Positions 27,210 to 37,434 are shown, counted from the stretch's first letter. The stretch is DNA of 56,737 bases from an uncultured virus (IMG/VR IMGVR_UViG_3300032291_003671) (IMGVR_UViG_3300032291_003671); one strand, 5' to 3'. A program made the numbers and translations. The notes: generated by a model from the sequence alone, not told the origin.

Positions 27210-29548
27210 GAAATATTGTCAACTTTATTAATCTTGACCACATTGTTGGCCCAATTACTAACCAAAGGATTGTGAGTAATAACGAATATCTTTTCAAAAT
27301 AGTCTTTCATCTTGACAAAAAATTCTCCGACCAATTCAAGGTTATCGTTAGAAATTTTTCCAAAAACCTCGTCCCAGATTATGACGTTGGGCTTTGGTAA
27401 TGAACATACTTTGGATAAGACAGCTCTCAAAGCCATAGCCGCAATCGTTCTTTCATAACCTGAACCTGATACCATCAACTTTTCAATACCTGTTGAGTTG
27501 TCAACCATAATGAACTCTACCTCATTCTTGTCATTGATTCTAACTTCCAAGTTGAAGTAACATGAGTCCTGAAGCAATCTTTGAAGTTCAGAGTTAATCA
27601 ATGGTAACATAGACTTCATGATAACTTTGGATACCCCATTCTTACCATACAACTCCATGTAGATTTTATATATCTTCTCTCTTTCAAACTCTTCAGCAAT
27701 CTTAAGAATGATTTCATTGTTCTTAACAATCTTTTCTTCCAAAGTTTCAATTTGAGATTTGTTTGTAGTTTGAGTTCTTTCATAACCTCTCATCTCATTC
27801 ATCAACTCATCAATACGAAGGTTAGCCTTTAATAACTGAGCATCAATCTCGTTGTTCTTTTTAATCTTATCTTGAACCTCTTGGTATCTCTTAAGTTTTG
27901 TTTTAACCTTTTCAATCTTAAGTTCGTTGGATTCATATGATATTTCATACTTCTCCTTAACCAACTTATTCTTCTCGTATAAGTCAAAGTCTTTCTTAAG
28001 TTGTGTGTAGGACTTCTCCTTGGTGTCAAGGTCTTTCCACTTCTTTGAAAGTTTGTCAACCTTTGTCTCCCAATCAGCAAGTTCATCAATCTTCTTCTTT
28101 GTTAACGCAGCTTCCATCAATTTGATTCCGCAGTGCTCACATTGAATACCATCACCATACTTCTTAACCAACTCCTCAATCTCCTCAACTTTGTTCTGAG
28201 CAAGAATTAATTCATCGTTAACCTTTTGTCTTTCATCCTTAACCTCATCGTGTTTGTCCTCGTGATAAAAGTCCTTTGGTTCAACTAACACAACATCCTT
28301 AATCTGTTTAAGAAGTGTTTCACTTACACTCTCCAAACTTGTAATCTCACTACTTAATTGAATTGGATTCAGACTTAAAAGTTCTTGGTCAATATCAGCA
28401 TGTTTTGAGTTTAATAAACCATCCTTATACTCTTGTCCCTTCTCTAATCGTTTCTTAACATCCGTAATCTTATCACCAGCATCAGTAATACCTTGGTTCA
28501 AAGTTTGAATGTTTAAAGTCGCATCTTCATTGGATTGTCTTAATGTCTCCGTGTTATACACATTGGACATCATCCCCTTTGAGAAATCAGTATAAATTTC
28601 TTTACCTGTTTCTTCTTTCTTTTTAAGGAACTCTAATCCTAAGAAACGACTAAGTACTTGACCACGAGCAGTTGGCTTTGCCTCAAGCAAATCCTCAAGG
28701 TTAGAAGCGGTTGTAACGATGGTCATTAAGAAGTCATCCATGCTACCGATGGAATTCTTCATAAAGTTTTCGGTCTCTCTTCTTTGTTCTCCTGTAAAGT
28801 TTTGAAGTTGACCGTCGGCTAATTTCTTGAAGAATTCCAAATCAGTCTTAACATTCCATTCACCATACTTAGACATCTTTCTTTCAATCTGACGAGCAAT
28901 AATATACTCCTCACCATCAATAACAATGTCACCCTTAACTGTAACTTTATTGATGTCCGTGAATCTATTAAAGATTTCTTCAGCCTTCTGAGTCTTTGTT
29001 GTTGTATTGAAGAATAGGAACAACAATAGGTCAACCGTTAATACGGTCTTACCACCAAAGTTAGATGGATTAGATTCAACAACAGTAATACCATTACACT
29101 TCTCGAAGTCAATTACTTGGTTCTCACCATAAGATAAAAAGTTACTAAACTCAATCTTCTTGATGTACCACTTCTTGAATGGAGTTACCTCAACCTCATT
29201 AACCAACATTCTGTTTTCAACTGCAAGGTCAATGTTCATAACTTGGTCAAAATATTGGTCTTGTCCTTTGGATTCCAGTAAAGACTTAATCAATTCCTTT
29301 TGATAGTTCTTATCCATGATGTTAACAGAAACGTCGACCGTTTGCTGTGTATCATCAGAGACCTTTACCTTTGTAATAACATTGATGTTTGTTGAAGAAT
29401 ATTTCTTTTGGAAATATTGTTTAACTGATTTGATTTTTTCTTGAGTGAAGTTTTCAGTACTATCTTCCCATACAACTTGAATGTACGGATTGTCTAATAA
29501 ACTTAAGTCTAATTTTTTACTCATGTTGTCGTAATTGAATTTTGGCAT
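27194..29548 (-). CDS. sbcC: SbcC/Rad50/gp46-like SMC ATPase with N-terminal extension (start likely 29548 or a few codons downstream)
   Basis: FSNFLSYG, Walker A NFGGKT, zinc hook CEHC, signature GSGYE, Walker B IIWDE, ITH. Confidence 0.92.
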   Translation of the reverse strand: MPKFNYDNMSKKLDLSLLDNPYIQVVWEDSTENFTQEKIKSVKQYFQKKYSSTNINVITKVKVSDDTQQTVDVSVNIMDKNYQKELIKSLLESKGQDQYFDQVMNIDLAVENRMLVNEVEVTPFKKWYIKKIEFSNFLSYGENQVIDFEKCNGITVVESNPSNFGGKTVLTVDLLLFLFFNTTTKTQKAEEIFNRFTDINKVTVKGDIVIDGEEYIIARQIERKMSKYGEWNVKTDLEFFKKLADGQLQNFTGEQRRETENFMKNSIGSMDDFLMTIVTTASNLEDLLEAKPTARGQVLSRFLGLEFLKKKEETGKEIYTDFSKGMMSNVYNTETLRQSNEDATLNIQTLNQGITDAGDKITDVKKRLEKGQEYKDGLLNSKHADIDQELLSLNPIQLSSEITSLESVSETLLKQIKDVVLVEPKDFYHEDKHDEVKDERQKVNDELILAQNKVEEIEELVKKYGDGIQCEHCGIKLMEAALTKKKIDELADWETKVDKLSKKWKDLDTKEKSYTQLKKDFDLYEKNKLVKEKYEISYESNELKIEKVKTKLKRYQEVQDKIKKNNEIDAQLLKANLRIDELMNEMRGYERTQTTNKSQIETLEEKIVKNNEIILKIAEEFEREKIYKIYMELYGKNGVSKVIMKSMLPLINSELQRLLQDSCYFNLEVRINDKNEVEFIMVDNSTGIEKLMVSGSGYERTIAAMALRAVLSKVCSLPKPNVIIWDEVFGKISNDNLELVGEFFVKMKDYFEKIFVITHNPLVSNWANNVVKINKVDNISKVSQ

Positions 29549-29573
29549 GGGGTTAAATAAATCCCATTCAGTT

Positions 29574-29741
29574 TTATTGGTTTTCTGTCGTACCAGACTC
29601 TGTTTCATGTTTCTTTTGTAATTCTTCAACCTGTTTCTTCATTACGTCATTGAATAATTTTTGCATTGCACTCTTCTCAACTTTTAATCTTTGATTTCTC
29701 GCTTCAACTTTTTTTCTGTGTTCTTTTTTCTTAACTCCCAT
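29574..29741 (-). CDS. Small basic helical protein (55 aa)
   Basis: Not in ORF track. MGVKKKEHRKKVEARNQRLKVEKSAMQKLFNDVMKKQVEELQKKHETESGTTENQ*; starts right after the upstream stop. Confidence 0.7.
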   Translation of the reverse strand: MGVKKKEHRKKVEARNQRLKVEKSAMQKLFNDVMKKQVEELQKKHETESGTTENQ

Positions 29742-29742
29742 T

Positions 29743-29946
29743 TTATAATCCTTTATCTGTTATTTTTACATCTTCAATAAAAACTTCATTTTCAGTGTCA
29801 AGTATTGTTCCTGACACCCATTTAGATAGTTTATCTTGTCCAACTTTTTTTATTTTTTCCTTTACCTCTATGTCAGTTTCATCTGATGTAATCATAACAT
29901 CGTAAACTTTAACTTTGATGGTGTACTCAGCACAATACCTTTGCAT
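29743..29946 (-). CDS. Hypothetical protein
   Basis: 67-aa ORF. Confidence 0.6.
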   Translation of the reverse strand: MQRYCAEYTIKVKVYDVMITSDETDIEVKEKIKKVGQDKLSKWVSGTILDTENEVFIEDVKITDKGL

Positions 29947-29948
29947 TA

Positions 29949-30293
29949 TTATTTTGGTCTATTTAATTCAAACCATTCTATTATTGAATTTATTGCCCAT
30001 ACCGCTCCTGATGCCGCCAAACCATCAAAGAACCATGATACATATGGATGAACTCCAAGAATATTACATACAGGCGAATATAAGAAAATTCCGAAGAAAA
30101 ATCCAACCCAAACTGAAGAACACATCATGCAAGACAACATATCTGTCAAAAATTTTCCGAATCCATGCAAAAAATATTGGCTTTCACCCCATTTTCTAAT
30201 CGCATTTCTTGGCCCATTAAAAATGGCTCCGTAAACAAGGATGTTGCATAATCCGTATGCCATAACCATCCAAAGTAATAATTCTGTTATCAT
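29949..30293 (-). CDS. DUF1360-like membrane protein
   Basis: Three TMs; LSCMMCSSVWVG motif. Confidence 0.7.
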   Translation of the reverse strand: MITELLLWMVMAYGLCNILVYGAIFNGPRNAIRKWGESQYFLHGFGKFLTDMLSCMMCSSVWVGFFFGIFLYSPVCNILGVHPYVSWFFDGLAASGAVWAINSIIEWFELNRPK

Positions 30294-30303
30294 ATTTTGT
30301 GTT

Positions 30304-31080
30304 TTATTTGTATAATTTATTATCTAAGTTTGAACCTTTAAGGTAAACCGCTTTGGTCTCTCCTTGATATCTTTGTATATCTTCAATCGTACCTTGGTAT
30401 TCTTTAATCAATTTATCTTTGTCCAAAATTTCTTGTCTTAACTTTTGAACCGTGTTTTGTAGTGCGTCAAACTTAGGTTTCAATGAACTATCGTTATTTT
30501 CTTTTTCAACAATAACTTCAACAGGTACTTCCACCCTTACTTCTCTAATGACCTCCCTGATTACTTCTACAGGAACCTCAACATTTACTTCCTTGATAAC
30601 TTCAACTATCTTAGGTGGAGTATTCTTCAACTGTTGTATTTTTAACAACAGTTCATTTGTCTGAGTATTGTCACTAATATATTCTATTTTTGTGACAACT
30701 TTTTCAACAGGCACTTCAACTATTACCTCTCTGATAACTTCTTTCAAAACTTCAACAGGTACTTCAATATATTTTGTAACTTCAACTATCTTTTCAACAA
30801 GTACCTCTTTTATTATTTCTACAGGTTTCTCAACTTCAATATATTCAATCTTGATAACTTCTTTTTCTTCAACTACAGGTACTTCAACATACTTGATGAC
30901 TTCTTTAATTACCTCTTTCTCTATCGTCTCTTGTCCTGAATTCAGGAGTCCAAATCTTTCAATATTGAACCCATTCATATAGGACTTCTTAACTGTCTCA
31001 CTAACTAGCAGGTCATTAAGGTTACAAAAAGATATTAACTCTTTGTGTTCGGTAGAAGAAAGGGTAATCTTTACATCCAT
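30304..31080 (-). CDS. V/E/K/P low-complexity repeat protein with C-terminal coiled coil
   Basis: Repeated VEVPVE(V/K)(I/V)(K/R)E units. Confidence 0.8.
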   Translation of the reverse strand: MDVKITLSSTEHKELISFCNLNDLLVSETVKKSYMNGFNIERFGLLNSGQETIEKEVIKEVIKYVEVPVVEEKEVIKIEYIEVEKPVEIIKEVLVEKIVEVTKYIEVPVEVLKEVIREVIVEVPVEKVVTKIEYISDNTQTNELLLKIQQLKNTPPKIVEVIKEVNVEVPVEVIREVIREVRVEVPVEVIVEKENNDSSLKPKFDALQNTVQKLRQEILDKDKLIKEYQGTIEDIQRYQGETKAVYLKGSNLDNKLYK

Positions 31081-31081
31081 A

Positions 31082-31861
31082 TTAATAGTTTAATAACTTT
31101 TCAGTACCATTAACTAAGTCATCAATTGAGGTAATCTCAAACTTCAAAAATGGTTTAGGGTTTGGTAAGTCAACAAAATCATATTGGTCATTTTCAACAT
31201 CATAAACACCATAACCGTGTTTGTTAAGTTTCTCACCAAAATTCTGTTGTATTGTTGAACCAACCATGTACGCTTTCTTTCCACCAGGGATATCAAACAC
31301 TTGTCTTTTGTGAATGTCTCCACATAATACCAAGTCACATCCTTTGAACTTGCTTACATCAAACCCATCTTCAAATTTATATCCAACATCAGTTGTAAGA
31401 CCTTGGACAGGTCCATGAAATAGACCGATGTTTTTTGATTCCGACTTTGTGATTTCAGGCGGAATGTTATGGTCCATCAAAGAATATACACACCAGTTTA
31501 TATTTTCATCAGGATAGACTCCACGATTCTTAAGATAAACAATGTTATTGTTTTTCAATGAATCAACAATTGGTGTTATCGCATCTAATCTACTATTATT
31601 ACTCTCCAAGAAATCATGATTGCCTATGATGACGATAGTCTTAGTAATATTTGCACATTCAGTTAAAATCCATACAACAAACTCAATAAGTTCAGGAGTC
31701 ATTTGGTTCTTTGAATGTACTAAGTCCCCTGTGAATACAATTCTATCAGGTTTTAATGTCTTCCACTCCTTCAACGCAGATTCAAGAATTCCACGGTATA
31801 AATCATGGTCCTTAAACAATCTAACGTGTAGGTCGGAAAAATGAACTAGTCTTTTAATCAT
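31082..31861 (-). CDS. sbcD: SbcD/Mre11/gp47-like metallophosphoesterase nuclease (short)
   Basis: SDLH, GDLVH, GNHD, FHG, GDIH motifs. Confidence 0.9.
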   Translation of the reverse strand: MIKRLVHFSDLHVRLFKDHDLYRGILESALKEWKTLKPDRIVFTGDLVHSKNQMTPELIEFVVWILTECANITKTIVIIGNHDFLESNNSRLDAITPIVDSLKNNNIVYLKNRGVYPDENINWCVYSLMDHNIPPEITKSESKNIGLFHGPVQGLTTDVGYKFEDGFDVSKFKGCDLVLCGDIHKRQVFDIPGGKKAYMVGSTIQQNFGEKLNKHGYGVYDVENDQYDFVDLPNPKPFLKFEITSIDDLVNGTEKLLNY

Positions 31862-31869
31862 ATGATTTT

Positions 31870-32118
31870 TTATTCGCTGATGATAGTTGGTTTAGCAGCT
31901 TCAACCTCTTCTTCAAAAGGATTGAACCCTTTATTAACGTGACCACATGAATCACATTTATAGATTGGAAAGGGTACTGTTGTGTCTTCGTGTGACCCCG
32001 TCATTAACTTAGAGACTTTCTTGATGTAAATCACCTCTCTAAAATAAATGCTTCCACATTCTTCACACTTGGTCGTTTCACAATCTCTTAAATCCACTTT
32101 AGGTTTTTGTATGTCCAT
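31870..32118 (-). CDS. Zinc-ribbon protein
   Basis: CEEC...CDSC. Confidence 0.75.
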   Translation of the reverse strand: MDIQKPKVDLRDCETTKCEECGSIYFREVIYIKKVSKLMTGSHEDTTVPFPIYKCDSCGHVNKGFNPFEEEVEAAKPTIISE

Positions 32119-32163
32119 AGTTATATTGTTTTAGTTTTGAATATAAAATATAAGATAGAAATC

Positions 32164-33006
32164 TTACTTTTCCAAATATTTTTTGATGTCCATAGAAAAT
32201 ACAGTGTCAATAATTTCCTTTGGAACTCTGTATTCTTCGAACTCAGAATTGTCTTGTAGATGAGAAATGATACATCCGTATAACTTAATGTTCTCATACT
32301 TTGTACCTTGTAACATCTTAATCAATAGTCTACCATACAAAGGGAGTTGAAGGTAGTAGTGACCTAATGCGTTGTTAGGATATTTTTGGAAAGGAGTAAA
32401 CATCTTTTCAGTCCAACTTGTTTCTTGAAAGTTTTTCTTCTTATTTGTTTTCCAGTCAGTGATAACTAATCCAAACTCTGTCTTGTCTTTATTTGGAATC
32501 AACCAAATCTTATCGGGTTGCCCCGTATACCCAAGTTCAGGGTCTCCAAGGACCATCTCCGTGTCTAACAAAGTCGCACCTCTCTCTTCCATCAAGTCAA
32601 GGTATTTTATCCCCGCATGAACCATACTATCCCCCTTAACAATTTGACTCAAGTCACACTCAAAGATAGGTTGTCTCACTTCTTTATATGAACCGTATCT
32701 CTTGATGGATTCTTTCTCTAATAAGTAATGGACACGACTACCCATATTAGTTGAATAAGTTCCAGCCTCACCCCACTCTTTGATTAACTGTTGTTGTTTC
32801 TGTGGGTCTCCACCCGCTTTATTATACGCAGCTTGTTCAGTTGGAAACTCCTTATAAAATTTTTTTAATACTTTGGATACCGATGGATAGTCAGTTCTAC
32901 CATTCATGGTATAGATGTGTTTATCCTCCTCAAAAGTTAATCCAAGTTTTTCTTGTCTTTGTGAGATTAAGTTTCTAATCTCAAGAACTTCGTTATTTAA
33001 TTTCAT
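32164..33006 (-). CDS. PD-(D/E)XK exonuclease
   Basis: SVS, GSRVH, TE, GQPD, DWKT, YYLQL.LY. Confidence 0.85.
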   Translation of the reverse strand: MKLNNEVLEIRNLISQRQEKLGLTFEEDKHIYTMNGRTDYPSVSKVLKKFYKEFPTEQAAYNKAGGDPQKQQQLIKEWGEAGTYSTNMGSRVHYLLEKESIKRYGSYKEVRQPIFECDLSQIVKGDSMVHAGIKYLDLMEERGATLLDTEMVLGDPELGYTGQPDKIWLIPNKDKTEFGLVITDWKTNKKKNFQETSWTEKMFTPFQKYPNNALGHYYLQLPLYGRLLIKMLQGTKYENIKLYGCIISHLQDNSEFEEYRVPKEIIDTVFSMDIKKYLEK

Positions 33007-33907
33007 AGTAATATTCGTCTATTTGTCCCCTCAAATCTGCCACATCCATATCCTTAGGAGGTTTAATAATCTTAATCTTGTTGTATAGTCTACCACCATT
33101 GAGGGTATGATAAAGTTTCAAGGCATCAGTCCAAGCATCTTCATCCAAACAGATTATGATATTCCCGTTTGCTTTGTTATAGATTGTATTGAAGATTAAC
33201 TCACTCATCTTTTTACCTAACATAACCAACGGATTATTTAAGAAGAATGAGTCAAATGCACCCTCACAAATGTAGATGTCTTTGTTCCAGTCAATAAGTT
33301 TTTCATTAAATATAATCTCGTCCTTTGGTGTGGTTGGATTCTTGTACTTCATCTTATTTGGAACCCATGCTCTTGCAATGAAGTAGTTCAACACACCTTC
33401 AGAGTTATATGATGGTACAATGATTCTGTAGGCGAAGTCACCAGTCACTGTGTAACCAATCTTGAACTTCTCAATAATGTCATCGGTAATTCCCCTTGAC
33501 TTAAGATAACGGTAAGCCTCAATGTGAGGAATGAATCTTGGGTTGGAATCTGCGAATGTCGTATAACCCTCAGGCATTCTTAACTTGGGTTTCTTTACAT
33601 CCTCAAGTTTCAACTCCTCAGGTTTAATCAAATCATAAACTTTCTTTTGTTTTTTGGAACCGTGTCTGTCAAATAACTTTCCGAGTGGTCCTTGAGTTCC
33701 GTGGGTCTCACCACAACTCCAACACTTGTAAACATGTTTGGAATAGTTAACCTCAAGATTACCCTTTCCATCACCTTGTTCCAAACCTTTCTCGGCAGCA
33801 CAAATAGGACAGTCAAAAGATATTTGCCCTTTGGATTCGTAGTGTTGCTTCTCGTGACCTAAAACATCACGCAGCAATTCAACTAATACTTCTACCTCGT
33901 CTACCAT
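32993..33907 (-). CDS. DNA primase (zinc finger plus Toprim)
   Basis: CPIC/CWSC, YLKSRGI, RIIVP, KYKN, CEGAFD, LDED; TATATTTG-N4-ATG. Confidence 0.9.
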   Translation of the reverse strand: MVDEVEVLVELLRDVLGHEKQHYESKGQISFDCPICAAEKGLEQGDGKGNLEVNYSKHVYKCWSCGETHGTQGPLGKLFDRHGSKKQKKVYDLIKPEELKLEDVKKPKLRMPEGYTTFADSNPRFIPHIEAYRYLKSRGITDDIIEKFKIGYTVTGDFAYRIIVPSYNSEGVLNYFIARAWVPNKMKYKNPTTPKDEIIFNEKLIDWNKDIYICEGAFDSFFLNNPLVMLGKKMSELIFNTIYNKANGNIIICLDEDAWTDALKLYHTLNGGRLYNKIKIIKPPKDMDVADLRGQIDEYYYEIK

Positions 33908-33934
33908 ACCACAAATATAATTGATTTTTTTGAA

Positions 33935-34090
33935 TTAGTGTAGTCGGTTGGTAAAATCTCCAATGACATGTCTTCTCCACCATTTTTTTAATGGGCGACT
34001 TTCGTCTAACTTGTTAATATAATATTCAAAACACATTGCAAGACAGAGCAATAATGCCGATATTCCCCACATGATAAAAATTACTTCCAT
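33935..34090 (-). CDS. Small single-TM protein (51 aa)
   Basis: MEVIFIMWGISALLLCLAMCFEYYINKLDESRPLKKWWRRHVIGDFTNRLH*; overlaps the upstream stop. Confidence 0.55.
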   Translation of the reverse strand: MEVIFIMWGISALLLCLAMCFEYYINKLDESRPLKKWWRRHVIGDFTNRLH

Positions 34091-34440
34091 ATTATTTTTT
34101 TAATATTACGTTGTTCATTAATTTTAACCCCAAAATAATTCAAAGATTGTCTGAGGTCGTTATATATTTGTCTTCTTAATAATCCATTAACACTATGTCG
34201 TGTCGCCCTTTGTTTGATGGAACTATCAAACCAATTTAGGTCAGTATAATTACCATGATATCTAGCGGCTATTTGACCTTTGAACTCAATATCCACTTCC
34301 TCACGTTCGGGATATTTTCTGTATCTAAGGATAGTATAATCTCCTTCGATATATAGACTTTCCACCTTTCTTGAAGAAAGGAATTTCTTTAACGCTTTCT
34401 TGGTTGCGTTTGTGTCGGTATCTCTTATAACTCGTATCAT
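34081..34440 (-). CDS. Basic hypothetical protein (start revised to 34440)
   Basis: TATCTTAG-N4-ATG at 34440. Confidence 0.65.
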   Translation of the reverse strand: MIRVIRDTDTNATKKALKKFLSSRKVESLYIEGDYTILRYRKYPEREEVDIEFKGQIAARYHGNYTDLNWFDSSIKQRATRHSVNGLLRRQIYNDLRQSLNYFGVKINEQRNIKKIIWK

Positions 34441-34468
34441 GGAGCTAAGATACAAAAGAAATTCGGAA

Positions 34469-35071
34469 TTACCAAATTTCTTTCATTTTCATTAGACCAA
34501 GAGCAGAACAATAGGCGTCTGTCATGTCATAGTTTTCTTTCTTGAGGGTATTGTTCTTTGTGAAGTTCCAAACAATCTGTGGTTCTTTTTTGGCCACTAA
34601 CTCCCAAATGATAACTTTCTTATCCGTATCTTTTGGTAGTCCACCAAATAAAACGAATTTACCTTTGTCGTTTTCTTTAACAAGTTCTGGGAATGCGAAT
34701 TTTCTTGAATTATAAGTTGAGATGAATTCTGGAACAACTCCTAAGATATCATAGATTTCTCTACATACCAAAGTGTTGAATCTCATTAATGTACTTACTG
34801 TGTATACATTGTTTGAGTTTAACAATGGTTCTTCAATTACAACATGTGTTATTCCTAAACCAACATAAGTTTTAAGTTTCTCTCTAACGATTGCACTTTT
34901 TAATAAAAGTTCTTCAATCTTATTTTCCACTTTAAGTTTGGGCATTGGAGATACATGAGTTAACTCCAGTAAGTTTTGTGTTTGGATGTCAAATAATGCC
35001 ATCCCGATAGTTTTTGTTGACACATCGAGCCCTAAGACCTTTGGTGACTCTTTTTTAATGTTTTTTGCCAT
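34469..35071 (-). CDS. ruvC: RuvC-like Holliday junction resolvase
   Basis: VLGLDVST..G, VVIEE, DMTDA RNase H-fold motifs. Confidence 0.8.
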   Translation of the reverse strand: MAKNIKKESPKVLGLDVSTKTIGMALFDIQTQNLLELTHVSPMPKLKVENKIEELLLKSAIVREKLKTYVGLGITHVVIEEPLLNSNNVYTVSTLMRFNTLVCREIYDILGVVPEFISTYNSRKFAFPELVKENDKGKFVLFGGLPKDTDKKVIIWELVAKKEPQIVWNFTKNNTLKKENYDMTDAYCSALGLMKMKEIW

Positions 35072-35156
35072 ATATTAATTTGTTGCCAATTGAATTTACA
35101 TCAACAATAATTCTAAGTTAGTAAATTGAGGCTATTTGTAAAGTTCAGTCATCAAT

Positions 35157-37385
35157 TTAGAAGTCTAATTTGACCACAATTTGTTGTATACCCTGTCTCA
35201 ATTGAGGTGATTGCATTTTTGACACTACTAATAAATCTTTGTTAGTATCATATAATCCAATTTCTGTAAAATACGATGTCGTGCCTGATGTCCAGGTTGG
35301 ATTAGATGTATTAGAAAATTGATTACGGCCAAGAGTAATTAGATACTTCATTTCATAAATTGTTGCAGAAATATCGGTCTCAAGGTTTCCATAAAAATAA
35401 TATTCGTCTCCAAAATTTAATTCTAATGGATATCCATTTTGAGGTATATCAATGTAAGTTGCCAAGTTATAAGTTGAAGCGGTTGAATACATAACCTCAT
35501 CAATTTGGAATGTTGTTCCTGTAATACTGTTAACTGTCAAATAACCATTCACTATAGTTGCAGACACTTCACTTGTGACATCAATTTCTCTCCATGCGGT
35601 TGGGCTTGGTTGAGTACTACCTGTTACTACTTGACATAACAACTTGATTGAGTTAGCGGTAAATCCTGTAAGAGTCACATTGCTTGAACGTAAGAATGGG
35701 AATTCATTACCAAATCTAACCGCCACGTTTTGCGACCCAGTGTTAGCACTTAATGAAGGTCCTCTAACAACAGAGTAATAATTACAATGTAATGAGTCAG
35801 TAAATCCTGTAGAATCAGAATCCAATCTATATGTTACCCATAATCTTTCTGAGTCATTTGTTAAAAGTCCACTTGAATTCTGTCCATTAGAATAACAAGT
35901 GTTAGGTGTTAATAATGAAAGTTTAGGAGCTGCTAAAGTCCAGTTCCTATTTGCCTTGTAAGACATTGCTGCAATGATTTCTTCATCATCAATAACAACA
36001 ATTTCTTGGTCAGGGAATACCTTTCCAACTCTGTTAAGATTACCGTTTGAATCAGGGTTAGTATCCCATAAGTGGAAGTATCTAATACCTGGGTCATTCA
36101 TGTCTATATTCTTTGTAGACTTAATATAATATGGTGTACATAAATCATACCCTGGAGGGTCAATCCAAAATGTTTCACCAATAGTTCCTCCTGTAGATTT
36201 GTGCCACATTAACGTTGGAAGAGTCAATCTGAAATGTCTTGCTAACCCTGGATTGTCAGTAGGATTTTGAGGGTCAAATGGAACTGTTGAGAATTTCTCA
36301 CCGTATACGTTATCAATGTCTTGATTTGTATAGTGGATAATTGCAATGGCTTTTTGAGCATCAGGTGTAACAACTACTTCTTCATCAAATGAATTGTAGT
36401 AATAAACACGACTTGTATCTGTTTGACCACTTGGCTCTTGATAACCTAAGTATTCTTTTGTACCTAAATAAGTAACTGAACCATACTTGGTATAGTCCTC
36501 ATAAGTACTACTGAACACACCTGCAGGACTTACTGACCAAGGTATATTCATATTCCATACTAATGTATTCTCACGACTTTGGATATCACAAGGTGATTCA
36601 AAATTAAGTGTATCTGTTTCCCATTTAGGTTCAGGAGTGATTGTGTCATATAGCTGAGTCATTCCTGATGGGTAAACTAATACACGAGCTGTTTGTGCAC
36701 CAACAGCAGTTGTTGTATAATTTGGCACTGCTCTATCTAATGTTACAACATAACTCGCTTGAGTTGGTGAAGTACTGGCAGGGTTAATTTCTTGAATCTT
36801 ATATGTTAAAACTGGATATGTTTGAATGTCTCCACATCCACCATTAGGGTCTAAAATAAGAGTAATAAAATCATTAACTTTAGGTGTACCTGTTGTTGAA
36901 TCACATTCAGGTAAATTATATGTAATAGTAATCGCCGATTGACCTGATAAAGTTTGCATGGCAACAACATAGTTAGAAGTTACAGTATATCCCGTAATTT
37001 GGTTAGAACTTGTTTGTGCACTCCAATTACCTGTAGACCCAGTAAAAAATCCTTTCGGACCTGCGGCATTATAAATTGGTTGAACAACACTATCCATAAA
37101 TGGTATACCGTAAGTCCCACCTTGGTTTCCACTTACATAATATGGATACTTTACGTTTTGTTTGTTGGATTGTGGTGAGCCAGTATCGTTTTGAGCGTTA
37201 AAGGCTGGCATTAAAATATTATTATTAGTTTGATTATATGTTGAAGTTGCTGCAGTATAGTTAACTTCACTATCACCTATTTGGAAATAAGCTATGTTAA
37301 AATTACCTTGAGAAATGTTTCTTCTACCAACGTCCGTTAACCTTGTATTAATTAATCCCGCCGTATTTTTTATTATGTATGCCAT
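35157..37385 (-). CDS. Virion structural protein (baseplate / tail-collar-like)
   Basis: N-terminal LTDVGR...FQIGDSE and C-terminal FTEIGLYD...LLVVSK bracket typical of tail-collar-type proteins; TATTTATA-N4-ATG. Confidence 0.7.
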   Translation of the reverse strand: MAYIIKNTAGLINTRLTDVGRRNISQGNFNIAYFQIGDSEVNYTAATSTYNQTNNNILMPAFNAQNDTGSPQSNKQNVKYPYYVSGNQGGTYGIPFMDSVVQPIYNAAGPKGFFTGSTGNWSAQTSSNQITGYTVTSNYVVAMQTLSGQSAITITYNLPECDSTTGTPKVNDFITLILDPNGGCGDIQTYPVLTYKIQEINPASTSPTQASYVVTLDRAVPNYTTTAVGAQTARVLVYPSGMTQLYDTITPEPKWETDTLNFESPCDIQSRENTLVWNMNIPWSVSPAGVFSSTYEDYTKYGSVTYLGTKEYLGYQEPSGQTDTSRVYYYNSFDEEVVVTPDAQKAIAIIHYTNQDIDNVYGEKFSTVPFDPQNPTDNPGLARHFRLTLPTLMWHKSTGGTIGETFWIDPPGYDLCTPYYIKSTKNIDMNDPGIRYFHLWDTNPDSNGNLNRVGKVFPDQEIVVIDDEEIIAAMSYKANRNWTLAAPKLSLLTPNTCYSNGQNSSGLLTNDSERLWVTYRLDSDSTGFTDSLHCNYYSVVRGPSLSANTGSQNVAVRFGNEFPFLRSSNVTLTGFTANSIKLLCQVVTGSTQPSPTAWREIDVTSEVSATIVNGYLTVNSITGTTFQIDEVMYSTASTYNLATYIDIPQNGYPLELNFGDEYYFYGNLETDISATIYEMKYLITLGRNQFSNTSNPTWTSGTTSYFTEIGLYDTNKDLLVVSKMQSPQLRQGIQQIVVKLDF

Positions 37386-37434
37386 TTGTTATAAATATTC
37401 TTGTTTCAGTATTTTAATCTTTGTTAATTATACC

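Noticed and set aside
29549..29629. Track start of sbcC at 29629 (non-ATG)
   Set aside because: Overlaps the 29574..29741 gene; a downstream ATG is more plausible
32164..33006. Cas4 or CRISPR association
   Set aside because: No Fe-S cysteine cluster, no array and no other cas genes; the context is replication and recombination
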